NCBI GenBank assembly: GCA_018260615.1
Contig: JAGWDQ010000068.1
Location: forward strand, 31,236 to 61,741
Direction: 5' to 3'
Source of the DNA: Candidatus Altarchaeum sp.
GTDB lineage: Archaea; Altiarchaeota; Altiarchaeia; Altiarchaeales; Altiarchaeaceae
DNA: 30,506 bases
Positions 14,893 to 24,097 of the stretch are shown piece after piece (within the stretch, counting starts at the first letter, position 1; each line of letters starts with the position of its first letter). The notes under the pieces are model-generated. The model saw only the letters and a program-made list of their open reading frames with translations, was not told where the DNA came from and did not search any database. Both the position numbers and the translations under genes were made by a program.

Positions 14893-17271
14893 ATGAGTAG
14901 AAAATCAAAAAATTTAAGTATTGCTTTGATAATTGCGAGCATTGCAATTATGTGGGTTGTCTTATTGAGCGGATGTGTTGATATAAATAAAGAACCGGAA
15001 CCCCAAATTTTAAATTTAACCATATGTTCAGAGGTGACAAATCCTTATGATGATTTTCGATTTTCAATGCCGATAAAAGAAACAATTTCTTCTGCATTTG
15101 TTGAAAATTCGGAAATTTATATTTGTGGAAATATCACTACTTCTATAAATGGCAATCAGATAAACATAAAAATTTATAAAATTTTTAATAAGCAGTCCAT
15201 TCTTTTAAATGTCTCAATTCCTGAAACTTATGCTGATCTTAATGAGACATACAAATGTGTAAATCTTTCATTATTATTACTCAAAGAGGGAGATTACAAA
15301 GCAAAATATATTTTGGGGGGAGGAAAAAATAAAAAGGAAAAAGATATTACCTTCAAAATTTTAAGAATTCAGGAACAAGATGAGCAAGTAGAATGGAACG
15401 AAACTAATAACGACACATATTGCCATTCTAATTATTATAACAAACCATACAAATCATGTCAAGATGATGAAAAATGTGCCATGTGTCCGAACTGTGACTA
15501 TTGCTCTTCGGTGGGTTGTCATTCCATTGAATTTTGTAGTAAAATTGGATTTAATAAAAGTTGGTTTGATAGCCTCGGAACTGCTGCAATAACCACAGAA
15601 TCCCAAGCAATTGCCATAGCCAATGCAACTGAAGAAGTGAAGGAGTTTTTGAAGTTTTATCCTGATGCAAAGGTATTTAGGGTTTTTCATACCACCAAAG
15701 AAAAACCTTTGATGTGTTGTGATAGACCTGAAGGACTTTTGGGTGGAGCTGCAATTGGAAGATTAGTTGAAGGTCGTTGCAATGATGCAACTTATAATTA
15801 CGTTCTTTCGGAATGTAAAAATGAACAATATGGAATTGTTTATGCCCTCTCAAATACCTCTAATACATTTGTTATTATTATAATAAATGGCACAAATGGT
15901 GAAATCCTCGCAAAATATTTGAGAATGGAAAACATCAAAAATGTAAAATACTGCGAAGAATATAGTGATTGTATGCCTACTTGTGCATACGGATGTGTAA
16001 ATAATATGTTGAAGGAAAGAGAGAAAAAGGATTGTGAAGGGATGCCAACTTATAAATGTGAATGTATAAACAACACCTGCGTTGCCATAGAGACAGAAAA
16101 ACCCTCAACAAATAATACTAAACCAACCCAAGCAAAAAATGTTGTTGAAGCAAATAACCTGTTTGCATTTGACTTATATTCCAAATTTAAGGATAATAAT
16201 GACAATATCTTTTTTTCTCCATACAGCATTTCAACAGCATTAGCAATGACTTATGAGGGAGCAAAAGGAAAAACAGCGGAAGAAATGCAAAATGTATTGC
16301 ATTTACCTGATGATAAAGAAAAAATACATTCTGATTTTGCAGGTATTAATAAAGAGTTAAACAAGGCAAATAAATCCTACAATTTGAGCGTTGCAAATGC
16401 TTTATGGGCACAAAATGACTATAAATTTTTGGACGAATACTTTAAAACAGTTGAGCGGTCTTACGGCGGAAAAGTCACAAATCTTGATTTTGTGAATGAA
16501 CAAGAAAGGGAAAAATCCAGACAAACAATCAATTCATGGGTTGAAAATCAGACAAATAATAAAATTAAGGACTTAATTCCGCAAGGCGTTCTTAACGATA
16601 TGACTCGTTTAGTGCTTACAAATGCGATTTATTTTAAAGGAACATGGGCTAATCAATTTGATAAGAAAAATACCCGAGAAGCGGACTTCAGAGTAAATCC
16701 TGAAAAAAATGTCAAGGTTCAGATGATGTCTTTAACGGGAGAAAAAGCAATATTCAATTATACCGAAACAGAAGAACTTCAAATCCTTGAACTTCCTTAC
16801 GAAGGAAACGAATTATTAATGTTAATCATTCTGCCAAAAGGGGATAATTTAACATTCATTGAGAACTCAATCTGTGTAAAAAATCTTTCCGAATGGCAAA
16901 ATAATCTCAGGGAAAACCATGTTGATGTATATTTGCCTAAATTCAAATTTGAAATAAAGTATTCTTTATCAGAGACGCTTAAAGAAATGGGTATGCCAAC
17001 TGCTTTTTCAAATGATGCTGCTGCTCCTGATTTTTCGGGGATAGATGGAACACATGAACTTTTTATTAGCGAGGTAATTCATCAGGCGTTTGTTGAAGTT
17101 AATGAAGAGGGAACGGAAGCTGCGGCAGCGACTGCTGTTGTTATGACGGGTGGAAGCATACACGAAAATAAAATATTCTATGCAGATCATCCATTCATAT
17201 TCATAATTCAGGACAAAGAAACAGGAAATATCCTGTTTTTAGGAAGAGTTACTGACCCGGGCAAAAATTAA
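14893..17271 (+). CDS. Multidomain lipoprotein with a C-terminal serpin domain
   Basis: Lipobox-like LSGC, Cys-rich and PepSY-like segments, then a serpin from about 16138 (NIFFSPYSIS, LVLTNAIYFKGTW, EVNEEGTEAAAAT, FYADHPFIFII). Confidence 0.93.
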   Translation: MSRKSKNLSIALIIASIAIMWVVLLSGCVDINKEPEPQILNLTICSEVTNPYDDFRFSMPIKETISSAFVENSEIYICGNITTSINGNQINIKIYKIFNKQSILLNVSIPETYADLNETYKCVNLSLLLLKEGDYKAKYILGGGKNKKEKDITFKILRIQEQDEQVEWNETNNDTYCHSNYYNKPYKSCQDDEKCAMCPNCDYCSSVGCHSIEFCSKIGFNKSWFDSLGTAAITTESQAIAIANATEEVKEFLKFYPDAKVFRVFHTTKEKPLMCCDRPEGLLGGAAIGRLVEGRCNDATYNYVLSECKNEQYGIVYALSNTSNTFVIIIINGTNGEILAKYLRMENIKNVKYCEEYSDCMPTCAYGCVNNMLKEREKKDCEGMPTYKCECINNTCVAIETEKPSTNNTKPTQAKNVVEANNLFAFDLYSKFKDNNDNIFFSPYSISTALAMTYEGAKGKTAEEMQNVLHLPDDKEKIHSDFAGINKELNKANKSYNLSVANALWAQNDYKFLDEYFKTVERSYGGKVTNLDFVNEQEREKSRQTINSWVENQTNNKIKDLIPQGVLNDMTRLVLTNAIYFKGTWANQFDKKNTREADFRVNPEKNVKVQMMSLTGEKAIFNYTETEELQILELPYEGNELLMLIILPKGDNLTFIENSICVKNLSEWQNNLRENHVDVYLPKFKFEIKYSLSETLKEMGMPTAFSNDAAAPDFSGIDGTHELFISEVIHQAFVEVNEEGTEAAAATAVVMTGGSIHENKIFYADHPFIFIIQDKETGNILFLGRVTDPGKN

Positions 17272-17351
17272 ATTTAAACATTTAAAAATTAAAATCAAAA
17301 TCAAAAATTTATAAATATAAAACAAAAAAATTTAAATATGAGGAAACAAAA

Positions 17352-17927
17352 ATGAAAAACCAAAGTAAAAATTTAAAAAATAAGGGCATAAAAAATGTAT
17401 TTAATGGAAATATTCAGGCAATTTTAGTGATTTCTGTATTGGCAGGAATTGTTTTAATTAGCGGATGTGTTGAAGAAAAAGAAAAACCAAAGCCGTTTAA
17501 TCCCGATGACATAGGAAACCTTTCGGATATTGTCGAATCCGGTCCCGTTGCGGAAGAAACAGTTGTGAATCTCACTACAAAAGATAAAGTTGCATTTTTC
17601 TTTTTGCACAACCCCGGCTGCGGTCATTGCATAGATGCGGAACAACACCTTCCCGAAATCCAGCAGATGTTTGGTCAGAGAATGGTTATTTACAAATTAA
17701 AAATAAGAGAGTCCGAATCACAACCATGGACTGGTTATGCTACAGACGCTGGATTGAACTATTATCCTTTTACTCTTGCTATCGGAATGCACTCGGTTGA
17801 AAATGAGACCCTAAATAAATCCAAAACAGGTATGACTTCCGGTTCAGGAGTTTATGAAGAATGGAAAAAGAATATATGTATGCAATTTAAAAACCCTCCG
17901 TCAAATTGCAGTAAATATTTAAATTAA
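17352..17927 (+). CDS. Thioredoxin-fold lipoprotein (CGHC)
   Basis: LISGC lipobox-like motif, FFLHNPGCGHC and YYPF (cis-Pro-like loop). Confidence 0.75.
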   Translation: MKNQSKNLKNKGIKNVFNGNIQAILVISVLAGIVLISGCVEEKEKPKPFNPDDIGNLSDIVESGPVAEETVVNLTTKDKVAFFFLHNPGCGHCIDAEQHLPEIQQMFGQRMVIYKLKIRESESQPWTGYATDAGLNYYPFTLAIGMHSVENETLNKSKTGMTSGSGVYEEWKKNICMQFKNPPSNCSKYLN

Positions 17928-17937
17928 AAGAATAAAT

Positions 17938-18019
17938 ATAACTATTCGGAGAGTGTAAATTTTACTCGTGAAAATTTCAAAAAATCCAGAAACGACAGTG
18001 AGTGGAACGAAATGAGCAG
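17938..18019. mobile_element. 82-bp element related to the 10332 MITE and the REP-like modules, flanked by GAATAAAT (reverse complement of ATTTATTC)
   Basis: Left end ATAACTATTCGG. The ~50-bp module matches the right end of the 10332 element in reverse complement. It contains GACAGTGAGTGGAACGAAATGAGC. GAATAAAT at 17930-17937 and 18020-18027. Confidence 0.75.
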
Positions 18020-18059
18020 GAATAAATTTATAAATTTTATTGTTAAATAAATTATCAAA

Positions 18060-18488
18060 ATGACAATCACAAAAATCAAAACGGAAAGGGCAAGCATTTC
18101 TCTGCCTGAATCACTCCTGGAAAAATTTGACCTGTTAATAGCAAAGAAAGGGTACGCAAATCGCTCCGAGGCGTTAAGGGACCTGATAAGAAATTTATTA
18201 ATTGAAGAAGAGTGGAATGAGAATGCCGATGTTGTTGCGACAGTTACACTAATTTACAATCATCACGCATCCAATCTTTTAGACAAACTGACTGATGTAG
18301 AGCATGAAAGTATTGGAAAGATTATTTCAACTATGCACATCCATATTGATACCGAGAATTGCCTTGAGGTCTTATGTCTGAAAGGAAAGTCATCTGTTGT
18401 CAAAGGTATCGGAGATAAACTAATCTCTCAAAAAGGGGTAAAATACGGAAAAATGGTAATGGCAACAACAGGAAAAGATGTTGATTAA
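18060..18488 (+). CDS. nikR: Nickel-responsive transcriptional regulator NikR
   Basis: Ribbon-helix-helix RASISLPESLL...GYANRSEALRDLIR, and metal site YNHH...HE...STMHIHIDTENCLEV. Confidence 0.95.
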   Translation: MTITKIKTERASISLPESLLEKFDLLIAKKGYANRSEALRDLIRNLLIEEEWNENADVVATVTLIYNHHASNLLDKLTDVEHESIGKIISTMHIHIDTENCLEVLCLKGKSSVVKGIGDKLISQKGVKYGKMVMATTGKDVD

Positions 18489-18515
18489 TATGGCTATTTA
18501 AAATAATCAGGTAAA

Positions 18516-19280
18516 ATGAGTGAAATAAACAATAACATAGTTGAGTTAAAAAATGTATCCGTATCTTTGGATGGGCAGATAATTCTTGAAGATATAAATT
18601 TTACCCTGAAAGAAAAGGAATTCCTGACAATAATAGGCCCAAACGGAGGCGGAAAGACGACAATTCTTAAAATTATTCTGGGCTTAATTAAGCCGGACAA
18701 AGGGAGTGTCAGTGTTTTCGGAAACACTTCAACAACAGCAGTTGGAAAATTTATCGGATATTTACCCCAGCATATAAACAGCGACTTAAAATTTCCCGTA
18801 AATGTATTTGATGTTGTGTTAATCGGAAGATACAACGGATTATTTAAGCGATATTCCGACGAGGATAAGCAAAAAGTAACTGAAGCACTTAAAATTACAG
18901 GCATGGAAAATTTTAAGAACAGGCAGATCGGAAAATTATCCGGGGGGCAGATGCAAAGGGTGTTTTTGGCGAGGGCGTTAGTCAGGGATCCGAAATTGCT
19001 TTTACTTGATGAACCGACTGCAAGTGCTGACCCTGAAATGCAGCAGTCATTTTATAAATTAATAAAAGAACTTAATGAAAAAATGGCAATTGTAATTGTA
19101 ACCCATGATGTAAGTGCTGTCTTACAATATGGAAAATCAGTTGCATGCGTTAACAGGAAACTTTATTATCACGGAGAAAAAGAAGGTGCTATCGGGAAAC
19201 TTCAGGAAGCATATAAATGTCCGATTGAGTTAATTGCCCATGGAGTTCCTCATAGAGTGCTTCAGGACCATAACAAATAA
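18516..19280 (+). CDS. znuC: Zn/Mn/Ni-type metal ABC transporter ATPase
   Basis: GPNGGGKT, LSGGQMQR, LLLDEP and VTHD motifs, with a Cys/His C-terminal tail (CPIELIAHGVPH). Confidence 0.88.
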   Translation: MSEINNNIVELKNVSVSLDGQIILEDINFTLKEKEFLTIIGPNGGGKTTILKIILGLIKPDKGSVSVFGNTSTTAVGKFIGYLPQHINSDLKFPVNVFDVVLIGRYNGLFKRYSDEDKQKVTEALKITGMENFKNRQIGKLSGGQMQRVFLARALVRDPKLLLLDEPTASADPEMQQSFYKLIKELNEKMAIVIVTHDVSAVLQYGKSVACVNRKLYYHGEKEGAIGKLQEAYKCPIELIAHGVPHRVLQDHNK

Positions 19281-19340
19281 ATTTAAAAATTTAACCCAAA
19301 TTTAATTCAAAAATTTATTGATTTCCTAAAATTTTTAAAA

Positions 19341-20171
19341 ATGTTAGAAATTTTCCAGTACGAGTTCATGAGGAATGCAGTAATTGCAATAATACTTGCA
19401 GGAATTGCCTGCGGAATTGTCGGAACTTATGTCGTAGTCAGAAAACTTGTATTTATCAGCGAAGGAATTTCTCACGCTGCATTCGGAGGTATCGGAATCG
19501 GATACTTTTTAAAGATAAATCCCATAATTGCCGCTATTCCGTTCGCTATCCTCGCGGCACTTGCGATTGGAATTATAACCAAAAAGACAAATGTTAATGA
19601 AGATACTGCTATCGGCATCACGCTTGCTTTTGGGATGGCAATAGGAATAATATTTATATATATAACGCCGGGATATGCAGCGGACTTATTTACTTATCTG
19701 TTCGGAAGTGTTATTACTGTTTCTATGTCAGACATAATAATAATGGTTATACTTGATGCAATTATTATAAGTATATTTTTTATATTCAGAAGGGAAATTT
19801 TAGCGATGTCCTTTGATGAGGAATTTTCAAGAATTGCCGGGATTCCTACAAAATTTTTATATCTGCTTACTTTATGCCTGATTGCATTAAGTGTTGTCGT
19901 GCTTATCAGAGTTGTCGGAATCATACTTATAATTGCATTGCTGACAATTCCGGCTGCGATAGCAAAAAATTTTACGGAAAATTTTTATAAAATTTCTGTG
20001 CTTTCTGTAATTACGGGCATTGTCATTTCTGTCTTTGGCTTACTTATTGCGATAATTTACAATCTTCCGCCGGGGGCAACGATAATTGTGGTATTGGGAG
20101 CAATTTTTATTTTATTTAATCTTACAAACAAAATTATTATGACAATGAATAAAAATATAAAAAATAACTAA
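19341..20171 (+). CDS. znuB: Zn/Mn/Ni-type metal ABC transporter permease
   Basis: SEGISHAAFGG, EDTAIG, YLFGSV, FDEEFSRIAG and VVGIILIIALLTIPAA. Confidence 0.9.
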   Translation: MLEIFQYEFMRNAVIAIILAGIACGIVGTYVVVRKLVFISEGISHAAFGGIGIGYFLKINPIIAAIPFAILAALAIGIITKKTNVNEDTAIGITLAFGMAIGIIFIYITPGYAADLFTYLFGSVITVSMSDIIIMVILDAIIISIFFIFRREILAMSFDEEFSRIAGIPTKFLYLLTLCLIALSVVVLIRVVGIILIIALLTIPAAIAKNFTENFYKISVLSVITGIVISVFGLLIAIIYNLPPGATIIVVLGAIFILFNLTNKIIMTMNKNIKNN

Positions 20172-20174
20172 ACA

Positions 20175-21332
20175 ATGGAAGAACAGGGATTAAGCTTAAC
20201 TTTACAACTATCAATTGTATTGTTTTTTGCACTTTTAGGATATATGGTAGCAATGAAAATAAACCAGTCAGCGGTTGTAGGTGTAATACTTATCGGAATA
20301 ATTGTCGGACCAAGTGTTTTCGGATGGGTACAATATACTGAATTTGTTGAGGCACTTGCTCATATTGGTGCAATTGTTTTATTATTTGCCATTGGATTTG
20401 AATTTAAACTTAAAGAGGTCTATACCAAAGAATCAACACTAATAGCAATCGGCGGAGTTACTGTACCCTGGATTTTAGGATATTTATTGGGAATAGCGTT
20501 TGGTTATTCTTCTTCAACATCAATATTAATCGGAACTGTCCTGGTAGCAACAAGTATTGCTATAACTGCAATGGTGCTTTTTGAAATGGGGAAATTACAG
20601 ACAAAGACCGCCAAGACAATAATGGGCGCTGCTGTTGTAGATGATATTCTCGGACTTATTTTGCTTGCGGTATCAGTCCAGGTGATTGAAGGTACACCAA
20701 ATATCTCTGAAATGATGATATTGGTCTTTAAGGCAATTGCCTTTGTTGCGATTGGTTTGTTTGCTGCGCAATATGTTGGAAAATTTTTCATGTGGGTTGA
20801 TGGAGGAAGAATAGCGAAAAAATTTCCCGATTTTTTATTTATACTTGCGATGACCGTTGCTTTTGGATATAGTTTTGCTGCAGAATTAGTCGGACTTTCT
20901 GCAATCATCGGTGCATTTCTTGCCGGATCTTCGCTTTCAGGAATACACCCAAAAAATAGCAAGTGCTTAGAGGACGGTGCAAAATATGTCCACATGATAT
21001 TTGCGGCAATATTTTTCATTTCTCTCGGAATTCTCGTTAATCTTCGTGCTGTTTCACCCGATATACTTTTATTCATAGTTGCATTAATTGCTGTTGCTAT
21101 TGTCGGTAAAATGATTGGATGCTACATCCCCGCAAGATTAGTAAAAGAAAATCATAAGGATTCGTTAATTATAAGTGTAGGAATGATTCCGAGGGGCGAA
21201 GTTGGAATGATTATCGGAATGATTGGATTAACATCGGGGGTCTTTACACAGGATATTTACGCTGCTGTCATAATTATGTGTATCGCAACAACATTAATTG
21301 TGCCGCCAATGTTAAGAAAAATGTATAAATAA
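20175..21332 (+). CDS. CPA2-family cation:proton antiporter (NapA/Kef-like)
   Basis: LLFAIGFEF, ATSIAIT, GAAVVDDILG, IIGAFLAG and GMIPRGEVG. Confidence 0.92.
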   Translation: MEEQGLSLTLQLSIVLFFALLGYMVAMKINQSAVVGVILIGIIVGPSVFGWVQYTEFVEALAHIGAIVLLFAIGFEFKLKEVYTKESTLIAIGGVTVPWILGYLLGIAFGYSSSTSILIGTVLVATSIAITAMVLFEMGKLQTKTAKTIMGAAVVDDILGLILLAVSVQVIEGTPNISEMMILVFKAIAFVAIGLFAAQYVGKFFMWVDGGRIAKKFPDFLFILAMTVAFGYSFAAELVGLSAIIGAFLAGSSLSGIHPKNSKCLEDGAKYVHMIFAAIFFISLGILVNLRAVSPDILLFIVALIAVAIVGKMIGCYIPARLVKENHKDSLIISVGMIPRGEVGMIIGMIGLTSGVFTQDIYAAVIIMCIATTLIVPPMLRKMYK

Positions 21333-21361
21333 TCTGAATTTTTGCGTTTGAAAAATTTAAA

Positions 21362-21555
21362 TTAACTATTCAGAGGATATAAAAATTTACCTGTGAAAAT
21401 TTTAAAAAATACAATTTTCAAATCGCAGAGTTTTGAAAATACACGAACGAAGTCCGCTCACTCCCGTTCGTGGATTTTTCAAACGATTTCGTTTGAAAAA
21501 TGAGTGTAAAAATCAAAAATTTACCGGTAATTTTCAAACTTGTTTGAAAATGTCC
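21362..21555. mobile_element. Composite copy of the TIR/REP-like element with back-to-back REP modules
   Basis: Left end TTAACTATTCAG plus the shared 50-bp module. TTTTGAAAATACACGAACGAAGT (reverse complement of the 1699 module) is followed by the forward module CCGCTCACTCCCGTTCGTGG. Hairpins TTTCAAAC-gatttc-GTTTGAAA and TTTTCAAAC-tt-GTTTGAAAA. Confidence 0.8.
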
Positions 21556-21868
21556 GAGCATCAGCGACCTAAAATCAAAAATTTTAATTGCTATTGCGGT
21601 TGGCTATCTTTTAAGTCCCATAGATTTAATCCCTGATTTCATCCCGGTAATCGGGCAATTGGATGATATTTTAATTGTACCTGTGTTAATGAGAGGTGCA
21701 GTCAAATCAATACCCCCTGAAATATTGAATACGTACAAAGAGGAAGCAAAAGTTGAGTTCAGAGAAGGAACACCAAAGTCGTACAAAGCAGCGATTATAA
21801 TTGTTATGGTATGGGTATTGATTCTTTCTATGATAATCTATTGGACCGGTGATATTTTCCAGTGGTGA
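21548..21868 (+). pseudogene. DUF1232 (YkvA) membrane protein, 5'-truncated
   Basis: The frame reads LKSKILIAIAVGYLLSPIDLIPDFIPVIGQLDD (DUF1232 signature). It has an upstream TGA at 21545-21547 and no in-frame start before the motif. Confidence 0.75.
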
Positions 21869-21890
21869 GATAACCGAAAAATTTTCTATT

Positions 21891-22862
21891 TTACACCTTC
21901 CCCAAAATCTCATCCCCCAGCGATACATCATACATTGCCTTTTTCCATTCGCTTATCCTTAAAAATAAGTATGTTACCACCAAAAAAAATGACAACGAAA
22001 TCAGAAACAAAAATCCGAAAGCATCACCTTGAAGTGTTGGCATAATTTTGTCAATCTCATCGGTCTTTTCTTTGCACTCATCTGCCAGTTCATCTTCATT
22101 GTGCGATTTATAAATTGCCGACGCATCACCAAATTTTTTCTGTGCCGAACCAAATTTAACAATTGCATCAATTTTTTCGCTCATACTCGCATTTTCAACA
22201 TTATCTGTTGTTATATTCATTAAATTTAATTCGCTTAAACCGTTTTTTACCAATCCGTTTGCCTTGGTCATATCCTTATTGTATCTTTTCTCCGTTTCAT
22301 CCGTTGAGACCTTTAAAGATGTACTCAAAACAACTTCTCCGCAAAGAGTATAAGCATAAGTTGCGTTTCTATAGTAAGAAATTTTCTTTTTTGTTACATT
22401 CTCATTATTTCCCAGATTTTCAAAAAACAATGCATCGTCGTAAATAAATTTATTAATTAAAGTATTTGCACTTTCAACGGCATCTATCTCTTCAATAGAC
22501 CTCGGATTTTTCGGAATCATCGCTCTTAAATTTGCACAATCCGTTATTGCCTGCTCTTTTGCGTTCAAATCACCTCTTTTATAGGCAAGATAAATTTCAT
22601 TAAATTTAACGAGAAAATTTTTCGTTTCGGATGCAAAAATTTCCATATCCTGAGGCAAATTTTTTCTTTCCGTTGTGTAAAGCATTATCAATACACTTTG
22701 CTTCATATCATCAACCTCCGAATAGGTAACACCTGCTTCAAGATTTAAATTTCTCAAATCATTAAGTATGTCTCCTTCTGCACTTACATTGCTTATATTA
22801 ATTATGATACAACTGAAACAAACGAGCAATAATAAAAAAATTTTAACATTCATTTTATTCAA
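21891..22862 (-). CDS. Hypothetical exported alpha-helical protein with a C-terminal TM anchor
   Basis: 323-aa ORF with an N-terminal signal peptide and a hydrophobic helix (FGFLFLISLSFFLVVTYLFL) near the C-terminus. Confidence 0.75.
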   Translation of the reverse strand: MNKMNVKIFLLLLVCFSCIIINISNVSAEGDILNDLRNLNLEAGVTYSEVDDMKQSVLIMLYTTERKNLPQDMEIFASETKNFLVKFNEIYLAYKRGDLNAKEQAITDCANLRAMIPKNPRSIEEIDAVESANTLINKFIYDDALFFENLGNNENVTKKKISYYRNATYAYTLCGEVVLSTSLKVSTDETEKRYNKDMTKANGLVKNGLSELNLMNITTDNVENASMSEKIDAIVKFGSAQKKFGDASAIYKSHNEDELADECKEKTDEIDKIMPTLQGDAFGFLFLISLSFFLVVTYLFLRISEWKKAMYDVSLGDEILGKV

Positions 22863-22935
22863 ATTTAAATTAAAACAATTAATTAGAAATATTAATAAAT
22901 TAATAAGATGGTTAAAACAATAAATTTAGCAAAAA

Positions 22936-23472
22936 ATGGGTATATTTAATAAGCTCAGGAAAATACTTGATTTTGAGATGTGGAAAAGGAAAAAAGATGA
23001 TAAAACAACACAGGACCTTGACCTTCCGCTGACATTTAAAGTCGGAAGTGTGGGAGAAATTTTGGAGGATGAGTTTGAAGATTTAGGACAAGTCAGATAT
23101 GAATGGGGCGGCGGGATGTGGGACGAATGCCTGCTTGAAATGAAGGACGGAAAGAAAAAATGGCTGCTCGTTGATGAACCGACTTTTATCTTATTCAGTG
23201 AGGAAATTTCCATCCCTGCAGGAAACATTAATAACGGATGGAATCTGATAAATAACCGGAAAATTTTTGTTGAATCAAAGAGAAAGATAACTGTAACAAA
23301 TACAGGCGGTTATTCGGAAATTAAGGTAGGAACGGATGTAAATTGCTACGATGGCTATGACGAAGGCAAAAATTTTATCTCAATAAGAGAGTATCTTGGC
23401 AAATATGGAAAAAATACAATATTGAGAACCGGAAGAAAAATCAGTAAATTTGAAATAGAGGTGTATGGATAA
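22936..23472 (+). CDS. DUF4178-like protein
   Basis: FKVGSVG...GQVRYEW...WDECLL...KWLLVDE pattern resembles DUF4178. Confidence 0.6.
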   Translation: MGIFNKLRKILDFEMWKRKKDDKTTQDLDLPLTFKVGSVGEILEDEFEDLGQVRYEWGGGMWDECLLEMKDGKKKWLLVDEPTFILFSEEISIPAGNINNGWNLINNRKIFVESKRKITVTNTGGYSEIKVGTDVNCYDGYDEGKNFISIREYLGKYGKNTILRTGRKISKFEIEVYG

Positions 23473-23524
23473 ATTTAGAGATGTAGGGATAAATTTGATA
23501 AATTTATAAATCAGAGGATTATAA

Positions 23525-23650
23525 TCAGCAGTTATCCCAAATTTTATCCCCATCATTTTCCCAAACTTCAGCAAAAGATTTTTCAGATAATTTCATTGTT
23601 TCATTAGCAATAGTTTCGTCTGTTATTTGCTTTAATGTTTCTCTGGTCAT
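23525..23650 (-). CDS. 41-aa acidic antitoxin-like peptide (MTRETLKQITDETIANETMKLSEKSFAEVWENDGDKIWDNC)
   Basis: Translated by hand. The ETxxLSExSxxxxW...W-D tail resembles small antitoxins usually found before PemK/MazF toxins. Confidence 0.55.
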   Translation of the reverse strand: MTRETLKQITDETIANETMKLSEKSFAEVWENDGDKIWDNC

Positions 23651-23753
23651 TGGTCTGTTTATTTTATTTAAAATTTATTTATGGACTTTTAATTTGTTTC
23701 GTAATTTTAATTAAAAATTTAAAAATAAATAACAAAAATTTAATAAAGATAAA

Positions 23754-24068
23754 ATGGCATTTTTGCACGACCCGATGACTGTATTTGAAGTCCTTTACGG
23801 CGCAGTAATAATTATAGGAATTGTAGTGATTAGCGGATTTTGTCTGACACTTGCAATTTTTCCGAAAAGGGATGAAATTGAGACACTTGAACGACTTGGA
23901 TTGAGTGTGATATTGGGATTTACGCCGTTTGTATTGCAGTATTTCTTTGATAAAAATTTTAATGTTCCGTTCAATTTCATAACAAGCGTTTTGTTTGTTC
24001 TTATTGTGTGTATAGGAGGATTAGCAATATGGGGGTGGAGAAGAGGCATAATAAAACAAAAGGTTTAA
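23754..24068 (+). CDS. Small three-TM membrane protein (DUF1616 N-terminal-like)
   Basis: SGFCLTLAIFPKRDEIETLERLGLSV motif and three hydrophobic segments. Confidence 0.65.
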   Translation: MAFLHDPMTVFEVLYGAVIIIGIVVISGFCLTLAIFPKRDEIETLERLGLSVILGFTPFVLQYFFDKNFNVPFNFITSVLFVLIVCIGGLAIWGWRRGIIKQKV

Positions 24069-24097
24069 AATTACAAATTATAAATTAATCATAAAAG

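Noticed and set aside
18033-18048. AATTTTATTGTTAAAT shared between the nikR and pheT upstream regions
   Set aside because: Low-complexity AT sequence with only two loci and unrelated downstream functions; not distinguishable from a generic promoter or chance.
23468-23510. Repeated GATAAATTT between convergent genes
   Set aside because: Short, AT-rich and imperfectly spaced. Probably slippage or terminator-region sequence.
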